60,593 nt of DNA from the NCBI GenBank assembly GCA_039188975.1, contig JBCCYT010000006.1, positions 1-60,593 on the forward strand, given 5' to 3'. Positions 27,613-36,798 of this stretch are shown here, piece after piece. Made by a program: the position numbers and the translations under genes. Every line of letters begins with the position of its first letter. The stretch's first letter is position 1. Under the pieces are notes generated by a model that worked only from the letters and a program-made list of their open reading frames with translations, made no database searches and was not told where the DNA came from. The DNA is from Actinomycetota bacterium (lineage in GTDB: Bacteria > Actinomycetota > Acidimicrobiia > Acidimicrobiales > Aldehydirespiratoraceae).

Positions 27613-30021
27613 ATGGATGACGACATCATCGAAGAGTTCCTGGTCGAAGCCTTCGAAGGGCTCGACCAACTCGAACACAACTTCGTGACGCTCGAGTCGA
27701 CCCCCGACGACGAGATGACCCTGAAGGAGGCATTCCGGACCCTTCACACCATCAAAGGCACGTGTGGATTCCTCGGCTTCGAGCAACTCGAGATCGTTGC
27801 CCACCGGGGTGAGAACCTCATGAGCCAGCTTCGAGAGGGTGCGCTCTCGATGAACCAGGCGATCACCGACGCCTTGCTCGCAACCGCCGACCGGATTCGA
27901 TTGATTCTCGAACAGATCGAGTCGACAGGCGCCGAAGGGACCCACGACAGTACCGAGCTCATCGCTCGTCTCGAGGGGCTTGCAGCCGGCGAGGAAGGCT
28001 CGACGACCACCACCGACGACGGACCGGTCGAAGCCACACCGGCGGCGCCGGCGGAGATGACCGAGGCCCCGACGAGCGAAACCAGTGAGACCAACGAGAC
28101 CGACCAGCCCGAGGCCGCCGTCCCCGTCGCCGCCGACGACACCACTGCGACCGACGAGACCACTGCGACCGACGACTCGAACCGGATCGGTGACCTGCTC
28201 GTGAGCACCGGCGCGGTCGACCGGACCGACGTCGAGTTCGCCGCCACTCGCCAAGAGGAGTTCGGCGACCACCGAAAGCTCGGAAAGATCCTCGTCGCAG
28301 ACGGGCGCACCTCCCAGGCCGAAGTCGATCAGGCGGCCGCAAAACAACGCGGCAGCGAAGGCAGCGGCTCCATTCGAGTCGATGTCGCCGTACTCGATGA
28401 ACTGATGAACCTGGTGGGTGAGCTCGTGCTCTCCCGCAATCAGATCATGCAGCTGGCTGGACTCGAACACCTCAAGGAGTTCACGGCGCCAGCGCAGCGA
28501 CTCAACCTGATCACGAGCGAACTCCAGGAAGGCTTCATGCAGACCCGCATGCAGCCCATCGGCAATGTGTGGAACAAGCTTCCTCGCGTCATCCGAGACT
28601 TGTCCGGGCAGCTCGACAAGCAGATTCGTGTCGAGATGCACGGTGAAGAGACCGAGCTCGACCGCACGATTCTCGAGGCCATCAAGGACCCGCTGACCCA
28701 CATGGTCCGCAACACGGCCGACCACGGGATCGAGTCGCCCACCGAACGCCGCGATGCAGGCAAGGACGCCGAAGGTGTCCTGAAGCTCTCGGCCTGGCAC
28801 GAAGCCGGGCAGGTCCACATCGAAATCGCCGACGATGGACGCGGTATCAGTGCTGATGTCATGCGGGTCAAGTGTGTCGAGAAAGGCTTGATCACCGCCG
28901 ACGAAGCCGACCGAATGACCGACGCGCAGGCCATCCAGTTGATCTTCCGACCCGGGTTCTCCACCGCCCAGGCGGTGAGCAACGTCTCCGGTCGAGGCGT
29001 CGGTATGGACGTTGTACGGACCAACATCGAACGGATCGGCGGCTCCGTCGAGGTCAAGACGTCGCCCGGCGAAGGCACAACCTTCCGCATCACGATCCCG
29101 CTCACCCTCGCGATCATCCAGGCGATCATCGTGCAGTGCGACGGCACCCGATATGCCGTGCCCCAACTCAGTCTGCAGGAACTCGTCCGACTCGACGTCG
29201 GCGAACGCATCGAAGAGGTTCGCGGCGTACCGGTCTTTCGACTCCGCGACCGGCTGTTGCCGATCGTGGATCTTCGAGAGCAACTCAGCGCGGAGTCGGT
29301 TGAGCGAGGGGTTGGGACGAGCATCGTCGTCCTCCGGGCCGAAGGCCATGCGTTCGGTCTCGTCGTGGACGCGATCGAGGACACCGAAGAGATCGTGGTC
29401 AAGCCACTGGGTCGTTCGGTCAAAGACATCGACCGCTTCTCCGGCGCCACGATCATGGGCGACGGTTCCGTTGCCCTCATCCTCGATGTCACCGGCATCG
29501 CCAACGCCAGTCGAGTCCTGTCAGCGGGTTCTCCGGCACTCGAGGAGGCGGCTGACCTGTTCGAGAACGCTGACCGGGGCGTCGATGATCGCACGATCCT
29601 GACGGTGTCGCTCGGCGATGGCTCCGAGGCTGCGCTCTCGCTCAGTCAGATCGACCGGCTCGAAGAGTTCGCCGCCGATCGAGTCGAGTCGAGCGCCAAC
29701 AGCAACATCGTGCAGTACCGCGGAGAGATCATGCCGCTCTTGGATCTTGGACCACAGACCGGCCGCGGACGCTCAGCGTTCGCCGATCGAGACCGCGTCA
29801 ACGTCGTGGTGTGCAAGGTCGATGGCGTGTCCGTCGGGATCGCCGTGGACCGCGTCCTCGACATTGTGTCCGACCCGGAGATTCGCTGGAACGCCGAAGG
29901 CAACACCGAGACGGCCATCGTCAAGGGCCACGTCGTCGACGTGCTCGACCTCTTCGCCCTGATCCAGCGTTATGTGCCGTTGTCCGAGAAGCCCGAAAAC
30001 CTCACAGGAGCCGCATCATGA
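27613..30021 (+). CDS. cheA: Chemotaxis histidine kinase CheA (Hpt, MshEN-like insert, kinase, two CheW-like domains)
   Basis: FRTLHTIKG (Hpt), IRVDV, HMVRNTADHGIE and GRGVGMDVV motifs; C-terminal CheW-like repeats. Confidence 0.95.
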   Translation: MDDDIIEEFLVEAFEGLDQLEHNFVTLESTPDDEMTLKEAFRTLHTIKGTCGFLGFEQLEIVAHRGENLMSQLREGALSMNQAITDALLATADRIRLILEQIESTGAEGTHDSTELIARLEGLAAGEEGSTTTTDDGPVEATPAAPAEMTEAPTSETSETNETDQPEAAVPVAADDTTATDETTATDDSNRIGDLLVSTGAVDRTDVEFAATRQEEFGDHRKLGKILVADGRTSQAEVDQAAAKQRGSEGSGSIRVDVAVLDELMNLVGELVLSRNQIMQLAGLEHLKEFTAPAQRLNLITSELQEGFMQTRMQPIGNVWNKLPRVIRDLSGQLDKQIRVEMHGEETELDRTILEAIKDPLTHMVRNTADHGIESPTERRDAGKDAEGVLKLSAWHEAGQVHIEIADDGRGISADVMRVKCVEKGLITADEADRMTDAQAIQLIFRPGFSTAQAVSNVSGRGVGMDVVRTNIERIGGSVEVKTSPGEGTTFRITIPLTLAIIQAIIVQCDGTRYAVPQLSLQELVRLDVGERIEEVRGVPVFRLRDRLLPIVDLREQLSAESVERGVGTSIVVLRAEGHAFGLVVDAIEDTEEIVVKPLGRSVKDIDRFSGATIMGDGSVALILDVTGIANASRVLSAGSPALEEAADLFENADRGVDDRTILTVSLGDGSEAALSLSQIDRLEEFAADRVESSANSNIVQYRGEIMPLLDLGPQTGRGRSAFADRDRVNVVVCKVDGVSVGIAVDRVLDIVSDPEIRWNAEGNTETAIVKGHVVDVLDLFALIQRYVPLSEKPENLTGAAS

Positions 30022-30488
30022 CCGCCACCCAGATCCACACCGGTCTGCAGGTCTGCACCTTTCGCCTCGGCGAGTTGCTGTTCGGTGTCGACGTCCTCGA
30101 CGTGCAAGAGGTGTTGTATCACGCCGACATCACGCCAGTGCCGCATGCGCCCGAGGCGGTCAGCGGCTTGATCAACCTTCGCGGCCAGATCGCGACGACG
30201 CTCGACCTCCGGACCCGACTCGGAGAGATGACCGACGACAGCGACGAGCCGAACCCCAACCCAACCCATGTCGTGGTTCGGTCGAGCTACGAACCGGTTT
30301 CGCTGCTCGTCGACCGGATCGGCGACGTACTCGACATCGAAGCAGACCGGTTCGAAGAACCGCCGCCCACGATGCACGACGAGGCCACGCAAGCAATCCT
30401 CGGCGCCTACCGCCTGGACGACGAGATCCTCTTGATCCTCGATGTCGACCATCTGATCGAGCTCGAACTCCCGACCGAAGAGAGCTGA
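30018..30488 (+). CDS. cheW: Chemotaxis coupling protein CheW
   Basis: TFRLG, VQEV, TPVPHAP, GLINLRGQI and LLVDRIGDV motifs; ATGA overlap with cheA. Confidence 0.94.
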   Translation: MTATQIHTGLQVCTFRLGELLFGVDVLDVQEVLYHADITPVPHAPEAVSGLINLRGQIATTLDLRTRLGEMTDDSDEPNPNPTHVVVRSSYEPVSLLVDRIGDVLDIEADRFEEPPPTMHDEATQAILGAYRLDDEILLILDVDHLIELELPTEES

Positions 30489-30516
30489 CGCAGTCGGAAC
30501 CGGGACGGGCTCACGA

Positions 30517-33036
30517 TCAAACGTCGAGGCGAAGCTCGACGTCCATCGACATGGTGCACGCGCCAGCGAACTCTCGAGACGAACGACCGAGATGGATCAG
30601 GTAGTCGCCTGGGTCGATGTACCAACCCGCCGCCTCTCGGTGTCGGCCGCCACCACCGGCGGGGACGAGGCTGTTCGCCGCCAGCTCGGCATACACCGGG
30701 TCGCCCGGATCGAACGATGCGAACGCCCGAGCGTCGAGATCGAGGGTGACGGTCATCGACTCACCAGGATCGAGGGTGACCTTCGCAAAGGCCTTCAACT
30801 CGCGGACCGGTCGCGGCACCGGACCGGTTGGCGGCTCGACGTAGGCCTGCACCACCTCACTCCCCCGGCGGTCTCCGGTGTTGGTCACGGTGACGTCGAT
30901 TGACGCACCGTCATCGAACGTGATCGACGAGGGCATGTCGCTGAGTTCGAAGGTCGTGTAACCGAGCCCAGATCCGAACGCAACGGCTGGTTCGATGCCA
31001 AGCGCGTCGTGCCAGCGGTGGCCGCAGTACACGCCCTCTCCGTAGCGAACGACACCGTTCTCGCCGGGGTAGTTCGTGAAGGCGGCGAAATGCTCGTAGC
31101 GGGCGCCGATGGTTGTCGGTGCCCGCCCCGAGGGTTCGAGCAAACCGGTCACCATGTCGACCACCGCTTCACCCAGCTCCTGGCCGGCGAAGCCAACACT
31201 GAGAACCGCAGCGGGTTCGTCGATCCAGTCGACCGCATGAGGCGAACCCACGTTCATCACGACGATGGTGCGCGGGTTGGCAGCTGCCACGGACCGGATG
31301 AGTTCGGGCTGGCCCCCGGGGAGCTCCCACAGGTCCCGGTCGCGGCCTTCGGTCTCCCAGTCGTCGTTCGTGCCGACGACCACGAGAGCCACGTCGCATT
31401 CGGCTGCCAAACGAGCGGCGTCGCCGATCAAGTCCCGTTCAACGAGCGGTCGAGCACCGACGATCACGCCGGACAACAAGATCGCTCCCTCGTTGGTGAA
31501 GTCGATCTCGACGGTGGTCGCTCGGCCGGCGGTGAGCGTGGCCTGCGCTGACAGTTCGATCGAGCCGAACCCGAAGAAGGCGTCGCCGCGCTCGATGTTG
31601 GAATCGGTGGCATCGATCACCACCTCGCCATCGACCCGCAAGATGGCCCGCCCCGACTCGGTGAGCGTGAAGACGTGAGGCCCATCCACCTCCGGCACGA
31701 TCGTGGCCGTGATGCGTGCGCTCCATCGTTCCGCATCGATTCCGTCGACCGGCGACCCGAACGCAAGCAGCGACGTCCGCCCCTCATGTCCGACGGCATC
31801 GGCCGTACCGTCAAAGCTCCATCCGTTGCGATATTCGACCGTCGTCGTCCCGTCCAGGAGCGGCCGAGCGATCGGTGGCACCGTCCGGTCGATGTCGGCG
31901 CCTTGGGCAAACCGGATGTCGAGATCGGGGTATCGCGCCTCGAGCGCATCGAGTGGAGACGTGTCGTGATACGCCCGCACGGTCGCAGAACCGCCGCCCA
32001 TCACTTTGGCGTTGCGAGCATTCGGACCGATCACGGCAACCGACCCGAGAGAACCCGGATCGAGCGGCAAAATCCCGTCGTTGCGCAACAACACCGACCC
32101 TGCGGCCGCGGCGCGGCGATTCAGCACCCGATCTTCGGGCCGGTCGAGCGGCTTCTCTGGCTCGTTGCCCCGCCCATCGAGCGCACCGGTTCGTTCGAGG
32201 AGCACGAGCAGATCGTCGACCAGGGCATCGACCGCGGTTTCCTCGACCTCACCGGCCTCCATGGCCGCAACGAGCGCTTCACCGTAGAACCGGCCTGGCC
32301 CGGGCATCTCGAGGGTCATCTGCGCGGTGACCGATCCGGACGTTGAACCGTTCGCAAACCAGTCGGTGACGACAAAGCCGTCGAATCCCCACTCGTCTCG
32401 CAGGACCGTCTTCAGGAGCCACTCGTGCTCAGAGCAGTATGTTCCATTGAGTCGGTTGTAGGCCGTCATCAACCCCCATGCACCGCCCTCCTTGACCGCC
32501 AATTCGAACGGCAACAGGGCGACCTCGCGCAGCGTGCGTTCGTCGATCTGGGAATCGATGGTGTTGCGTTCGAACTCGCTGTCGTTCCCGACGAAGTGTT
32601 TGGCGGTGACCGCAACCGCTTCCGACTGGACGCCGCGAACGAACGCGGCGGCGATCTTGCCGGTGAGCAGTGGGTCTTCGCTGTAGCACTCGAAGTTGCG
32701 GCCGCCCTTCGGTGACCGGTGGAGGTTGATCGTCGGCGCCAGCAGCACGTGTGAGCCCTTTGCTCGTGCCTCTTCACCGAGGAGGTGGCCAAGCTGTTCG
32801 ACCAGCGCCGGGTCCCAAGTCGCGCCGAGCGCGGCACCCGACGGAATACACGCGGTCGGCGTGCCGGTGCCCATGAGACCATCACCTCGGGCACCGTTGG
32901 GGCCGTCGGTCACCTTCAGGGCCGGGATCCCGAGCCGTTCGATTGGGGCGGTGTGCCACATGTCGACGCCGGCGACGAACATCGCCTTTTCGTGCGGGGT
33001 CATCTGGGCGCGTAGCGACTCGGTGCGTTGCGACAT
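30517..33036 (-). CDS. GH3 beta-glucosidase with PA14-like and Fn3-like domains
   Basis: TDGPNGARG, GRNFECYSEDP, KHF, VVTDW nucleophile, ETEGRDR, RELKAFAKV. Confidence 0.93.
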   Translation of the reverse strand: MSQRTESLRAQMTPHEKAMFVAGVDMWHTAPIERLGIPALKVTDGPNGARGDGLMGTGTPTACIPSGAALGATWDPALVEQLGHLLGEEARAKGSHVLLAPTINLHRSPKGGRNFECYSEDPLLTGKIAAAFVRGVQSEAVAVTAKHFVGNDSEFERNTIDSQIDERTLREVALLPFELAVKEGGAWGLMTAYNRLNGTYCSEHEWLLKTVLRDEWGFDGFVVTDWFANGSTSGSVTAQMTLEMPGPGRFYGEALVAAMEAGEVEETAVDALVDDLLVLLERTGALDGRGNEPEKPLDRPEDRVLNRRAAAAGSVLLRNDGILPLDPGSLGSVAVIGPNARNAKVMGGGSATVRAYHDTSPLDALEARYPDLDIRFAQGADIDRTVPPIARPLLDGTTTVEYRNGWSFDGTADAVGHEGRTSLLAFGSPVDGIDAERWSARITATIVPEVDGPHVFTLTESGRAILRVDGEVVIDATDSNIERGDAFFGFGSIELSAQATLTAGRATTVEIDFTNEGAILLSGVIVGARPLVERDLIGDAARLAAECDVALVVVGTNDDWETEGRDRDLWELPGGQPELIRSVAAANPRTIVVMNVGSPHAVDWIDEPAAVLSVGFAGQELGEAVVDMVTGLLEPSGRAPTTIGARYEHFAAFTNYPGENGVVRYGEGVYCGHRWHDALGIEPAVAFGSGLGYTTFELSDMPSSITFDDGASIDVTVTNTGDRRGSEVVQAYVEPPTGPVPRPVRELKAFAKVTLDPGESMTVTLDLDARAFASFDPGDPVYAELAANSLVPAGGGGRHREAAGWYIDPGDYLIHLGRSSREFAGACTMSMDVELRLDV

Positions 33037-33106
33037 GCCCCGGAAGCTAGTCGCCTCGGCCCGCGTCGAGTTGCGCTCGACCGCACCGGTTCCCCAGACT
33101 CGGGGC

Positions 33107-34894
33107 ATGGCTGACTCCGCCGACGACACCGCTGACATCGATGCCCAGATCGCTGCGGCGCGCGATCGCTACGCCGAGGAGCGAGCCAAGCGAGTGAAGC
33201 CCAAGGGCGACACGCAGTACAACCTGCTGTCGGGGAAGTTCGCCGACTTCGACACCGACCCGTACGTCGAGCCGGGTTTCCGTCGAGACCCGATCGTCGA
33301 GGAGTTCACCGCCGTGATTCTCGGCGGCGGTTTCGCCGGGATGATGACTGCGGTTGAACTCACCAAACACGGCATACGCGACTTCCGAATCATCGAGAAG
33401 GGCGGCGACTTCGGCGGCACCTGGTACTGGAACCGCTACCCGGGCTGCATGTGCGACGTCGAGTCCTACACCTATTTGCCGCTGCTCGAAGAGACCGGCT
33501 TCATGCCGTCGGAGAAGTACGCCAGCGCACCAGAGATCTTCCGGTACTGCCAGACGATCGGCGAGCACTTCGATCTGTACCCCCACGCGATCTTTCAGAC
33601 CGAGGTCACCGATGCGACGTGGAGCGACGAGACCGGTCGCTGGTCGATTGCGACAACACGAGACGACGAGATCACCGCCACCTTCTTCGTCACCGCTGGG
33701 GGGATTCTGCACAAGGCAAAGCTGCCCGGCATCCCCGGCATCGAAGACTTCGAAGGACACGCGTTCCACACCAGCCGATGGGACTACGGCTACACCGGCG
33801 GTTCGCCGACCGAACCAATGGACAAGCTCGCCGACAAGCGGGTCGGCATCGTCGGCACCGGCGCAACAGCAGTGCAAGCCGTCCCCAAGCTCGCCGCGAC
33901 CGCCAAAGAGCTCTACGTCTTCCAACGCACACCAGCCGCGGTCGGGTTCCGCGGCAACGGGCCAACCGACGCCACCTGGTTCACCACCCAGGAGGAAGGC
34001 TGGCACGAGAAGCGGGTGGTGAACTTCACCCACTGTGTGACCGGCGTGAAACCCGACGAGGTGTTGGTCAACGACGAATGGGTCGGGGCCAACTGGGACA
34101 ACACGCAGCTGGCGGCCGACACGCCCGAGGAACAGGCCGAGCTCGACCGGCTCGACTTCGCGGTCATGGACGGTATTCGTCAACGCATCGACGATCTGGT
34201 CGACGACCCCGAGACCGCCGACAAGTTGAAGCCGTGGTACGGCAAGCACTGCAAGCGGCTCACCTTCCACGACGAGTACCTGCCCGCGTTCAACCAGCCC
34301 AACGTGCACCTCGTGGACACCGACGGGCAGGGCCTCCAGCAGATCAACGCCGCAGGAGCCGTGGTCGACGGGGTCGACTACCCGCTCGACTGCATCGTGT
34401 TCGCATCCGGGTTCGAGATCATGGCCGACTTCAAGACCCGGCTCGGGTTCGATCCGGCCGGCCGGGACGGTGTGCGCTTGAGCGAGCGCTGGCACGACGG
34501 CGCTCACTCACTGCACGGCGTGCTCTCACACGACTTTCCGAACATGATGATGATCTCGATCATTCAGGCCGGCTTCGGTGTGAACTTCGTGCACTTTCTC
34601 GGCAAATCGGCGCAGCACGTGGCGTGGCTGATCAATGAATGCGTGTCGCGTGAGATCGAACGCATCGAGCCGAGTGTCGAGGCCGAGGAGGAGTGGCTGA
34701 TGCTGTTGTTCGGTCAAGCGGGCCGGATGGGTGCGTACTCGATCAACTGCACGCCGAGCTACTACAACAACGAGTCGAACTTCGAGGACATGAAAGTCCG
34801 CAACCTCGTCTACACCGGCAGTTTGCTCGACTACGCCGGCTTCCTTGAGGACTGGCGCAACGCCGGCGACCTCCCCGGCACTGTCACCCAGTAA
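33107..34894 (+). CDS. Baeyer-Villiger monooxygenase (flavin-containing)
   Basis: GGGFAG, GGTWYWNRYPG, BVMO fingerprint FEGHAFHTSRW, and GTGATAVQ. Confidence 0.93.
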   Translation: MADSADDTADIDAQIAAARDRYAEERAKRVKPKGDTQYNLLSGKFADFDTDPYVEPGFRRDPIVEEFTAVILGGGFAGMMTAVELTKHGIRDFRIIEKGGDFGGTWYWNRYPGCMCDVESYTYLPLLEETGFMPSEKYASAPEIFRYCQTIGEHFDLYPHAIFQTEVTDATWSDETGRWSIATTRDDEITATFFVTAGGILHKAKLPGIPGIEDFEGHAFHTSRWDYGYTGGSPTEPMDKLADKRVGIVGTGATAVQAVPKLAATAKELYVFQRTPAAVGFRGNGPTDATWFTTQEEGWHEKRVVNFTHCVTGVKPDEVLVNDEWVGANWDNTQLAADTPEEQAELDRLDFAVMDGIRQRIDDLVDDPETADKLKPWYGKHCKRLTFHDEYLPAFNQPNVHLVDTDGQGLQQINAAGAVVDGVDYPLDCIVFASGFEIMADFKTRLGFDPAGRDGVRLSERWHDGAHSLHGVLSHDFPNMMMISIIQAGFGVNFVHFLGKSAQHVAWLINECVSREIERIEPSVEAEEEWLMLLFGQAGRMGAYSINCTPSYYNNESNFEDMKVRNLVYTGSLLDYAGFLEDWRNAGDLPGTVTQ

Positions 34895-34918
34895 TCCTCG
34901 TCGTCGACGACGCGACAC

Positions 34919-36286
34919 TCACTCCGGGCGGAATCGGCGGGCAGCAGCGCCATGAGCCGCGAGCTTGTCGTCGAGGTCGGGGGCGACAAGGAGACCCGAC
35001 TCGACGATCGAACGACCGGCGACGATGGTGTGCCATGCCGCATGAGGACCGGTGCGCAACCAGCCTTCGATGAGGTCCTCGACCACGCCGGCAAAGATCG
35101 GGCCGTCGAGCTTCCACACGGCAATGTCGCCGACCGCACCAACGGACAACTCGCCGATCTCACCAACCCGACCCAAGCAGCCGGCACCACCGCGGGTGGC
35201 AACTTCGAGCGCCGTCCGAGCGTCCATCGCCGCCGCGCCGCTCTTCAGTTTGCCTTGCAACATCGAGAGCCGAGCCTCTTGCCACAGCGATGCCGAGTCG
35301 GCTGACGACGAGCCGTCGCAACCCAAACCGACATGGCACCCCGCTGCCCGAAGATCGACGACTGGGGCGATACCCGAAGACAGGATCATGTTGGAGCTCG
35401 GGCAGTGCGCAATCCCCACACCCGCTGCGCCGAGCCGAGTCACTTCCTCCGGGTTCGGCATGACGACGTGCGCACCCCAACTGCGGTCCGACATCCAGCC
35501 GCAGTGCTCGTAGTAGTCGACCGGCCGCATCCCGAACCGGGCCAGGGCGAACTCGTCGTCCTCCGCGTTCTCGGCGAGGTGGGTGTGCAACCGAACGTCG
35601 AGCTGCTCCGCCAGCTCTGCGCTGCGAATCATCAGATCGGTGGTGACGGTGAAAGGTGAGCACGGCGCCAACGCAATCTGCACCATCGAGCCATGGGTCG
35701 GGTCGTGGTGGCGCTCCACCGCCCGCTGTGACTCGGCGAGGATGTCGTCCTCGTCGCGCACCGCGGCGTCGGGGGGCAAGCCGCCCTTGCTCTCGCCGAG
35801 CGACATCGAGGCGTACGTCGGGTGAAAGCGCATGCCGAGATCGCGGGCGGCTCGGATCTCTGCGCCGAGGAGATCACCCGCCCGTACAGGGTGGAGGTAG
35901 TGATGATCAGACGACGTGGTGCATCCGGAGAGAGCCAGCTCGGCAAGCCCCACCCAGGCCGCGAGGTACTCCGCTTCCTCGTCGATTGCGTCGGTCCAGA
36001 GCGGATACAGCGACTGCAACCAGCCGAACAGAGGCGCCGAGGTCATCGGCGGGTATGCACGGGTCAGATTCTGGAAGAGATGGTGGTGGGTGTTGACCAG
36101 GCCCGGGGTGACGAGCCCGCCGTCGGCGTCGATCACGCGCGCCGCACTCGGCTCCGGGTCGAGCGACGTGCCCACCCCCGACACAAGGCCATCGGTTACC
36201 GCCACCCAGCCACCGGAAAGCTCTCGTCGCTCCGAGTCGACCGTTGCGACCAGCCCTGCGTTGCGGATCAGCAGATCAGCTGTCAT
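34919..36286 (-). CDS. 8-oxoguanine deaminase-like amidohydrolase
   Basis: PGLVNTHHHLFQNLTR, GGLPPD, APCSPF, HTHLAE, HCPSSNM and GCDGS motifs. Confidence 0.85.
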   Translation of the reverse strand: MTADLLIRNAGLVATVDSERRELSGGWVAVTDGLVSGVGTSLDPEPSAARVIDADGGLVTPGLVNTHHHLFQNLTRAYPPMTSAPLFGWLQSLYPLWTDAIDEEAEYLAAWVGLAELALSGCTTSSDHHYLHPVRAGDLLGAEIRAARDLGMRFHPTYASMSLGESKGGLPPDAAVRDEDDILAESQRAVERHHDPTHGSMVQIALAPCSPFTVTTDLMIRSAELAEQLDVRLHTHLAENAEDDEFALARFGMRPVDYYEHCGWMSDRSWGAHVVMPNPEEVTRLGAAGVGIAHCPSSNMILSSGIAPVVDLRAAGCHVGLGCDGSSSADSASLWQEARLSMLQGKLKSGAAAMDARTALEVATRGGAGCLGRVGEIGELSVGAVGDIAVWKLDGPIFAGVVEDLIEGWLRTGPHAAWHTIVAGRSIVESGLLVAPDLDDKLAAHGAAARRFRPE

Positions 36287-36767
36287 CGGCGATGGCGTTC
36301 AGGTAGTTGTAGATGGTGATGCGGCTGACGCCCATCATGTCGCCGACCGACTCAACGGCCTTGCGAAGCAGGAACGCACCGCGCTGATCGAGGATTCGGA
36401 CCGCCGCCTGCTTCTGCTCGCGGCTGAGCTCCGCAAGCGGTGCGCCGAGTTGTTCTTCGACCGCAGCAACCATCTGGCCGAGGGCATCGTGGAGATCCCC
36501 GAATCGAGCGACGGAGGGCGAATCACCCATCCGGACCTGCACGGCCGTTGCGCCGTGCTCGAGCGCGACGCGACTCATGTCTCGGATTGCGTCGGTGACC
36601 AACCCGGCGGGACCGTGAATCGTGGTCGCAAACGGCCCGAGTTCGGGTTCGAGCCCGTGGCTGCGGCACGCGTCGAGGGCCATCCGTACGTGATGACCGG
36701 GGGCGCCTTCAACGAACGGTTCGACGATGAACTCGGCCCGAATGTCGGCGGTCCCAGCAGTGGTCAT
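36276..36767 (-). CDS. Transcriptional regulator: thiamine-binding/YkoF-like ferredoxin-fold domain fused to a C-terminal HTH (YheO/HTH_22-like)
   Basis: N-terminal EFIVEPF...LGPFATTIHG; C-terminal KQAAVRILDQRGAFLLRKAVESVGDMMGVSRITIYNYL. Confidence 0.75.
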   Translation of the reverse strand: MTTAGTADIRAEFIVEPFVEGAPGHHVRMALDACRSHGLEPELGPFATTIHGPAGLVTDAIRDMSRVALEHGATAVQVRMGDSPSVARFGDLHDALGQMVAAVEEQLGAPLAELSREQKQAAVRILDQRGAFLLRKAVESVGDMMGVSRITIYNYLNAIADDS

Positions 36768-36770
36768 GGC

Positions 36771-36787
36771 TTTGACAGTTTGTTAAA
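36771..36787. promoter_or_regulatory. Palindromic operator TTTGACA-GTT-TGTTAAA in the 31-bp divergent intergenic region
   Basis: Near-perfect inverted repeat; matches the 19964 box. Confidence 0.65.
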
Positions 36788-36798
36788 TTCGGCGGTTC

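Noticed and set aside
28081-28176. Short direct repeats in cheA (TTATDE/TTATDD, ETNETD)
   Set aside because: Ordinary low-complexity linker expansion, in frame.
27499-29349. Long antisense ORFs (e.g. 616 aa opposite cheA, 643 aa opposite MMPL, 551 aa opposite the peroxidase, 486 aa opposite the BVMO)
   Set aside because: Expected shadows of high-GC codon bias; they have no motifs and lie fully opposite well-supported genes.
32696-33138. Apparent head-to-head overlap of the GH3 and BVMO genes, and other long N-terminal extensions in the ORF track (2741, 12440, 25460, 43127, 55697, 58707)
   Set aside because: Artefacts of choosing the most upstream start; internal starts give non-overlapping genes of normal size.
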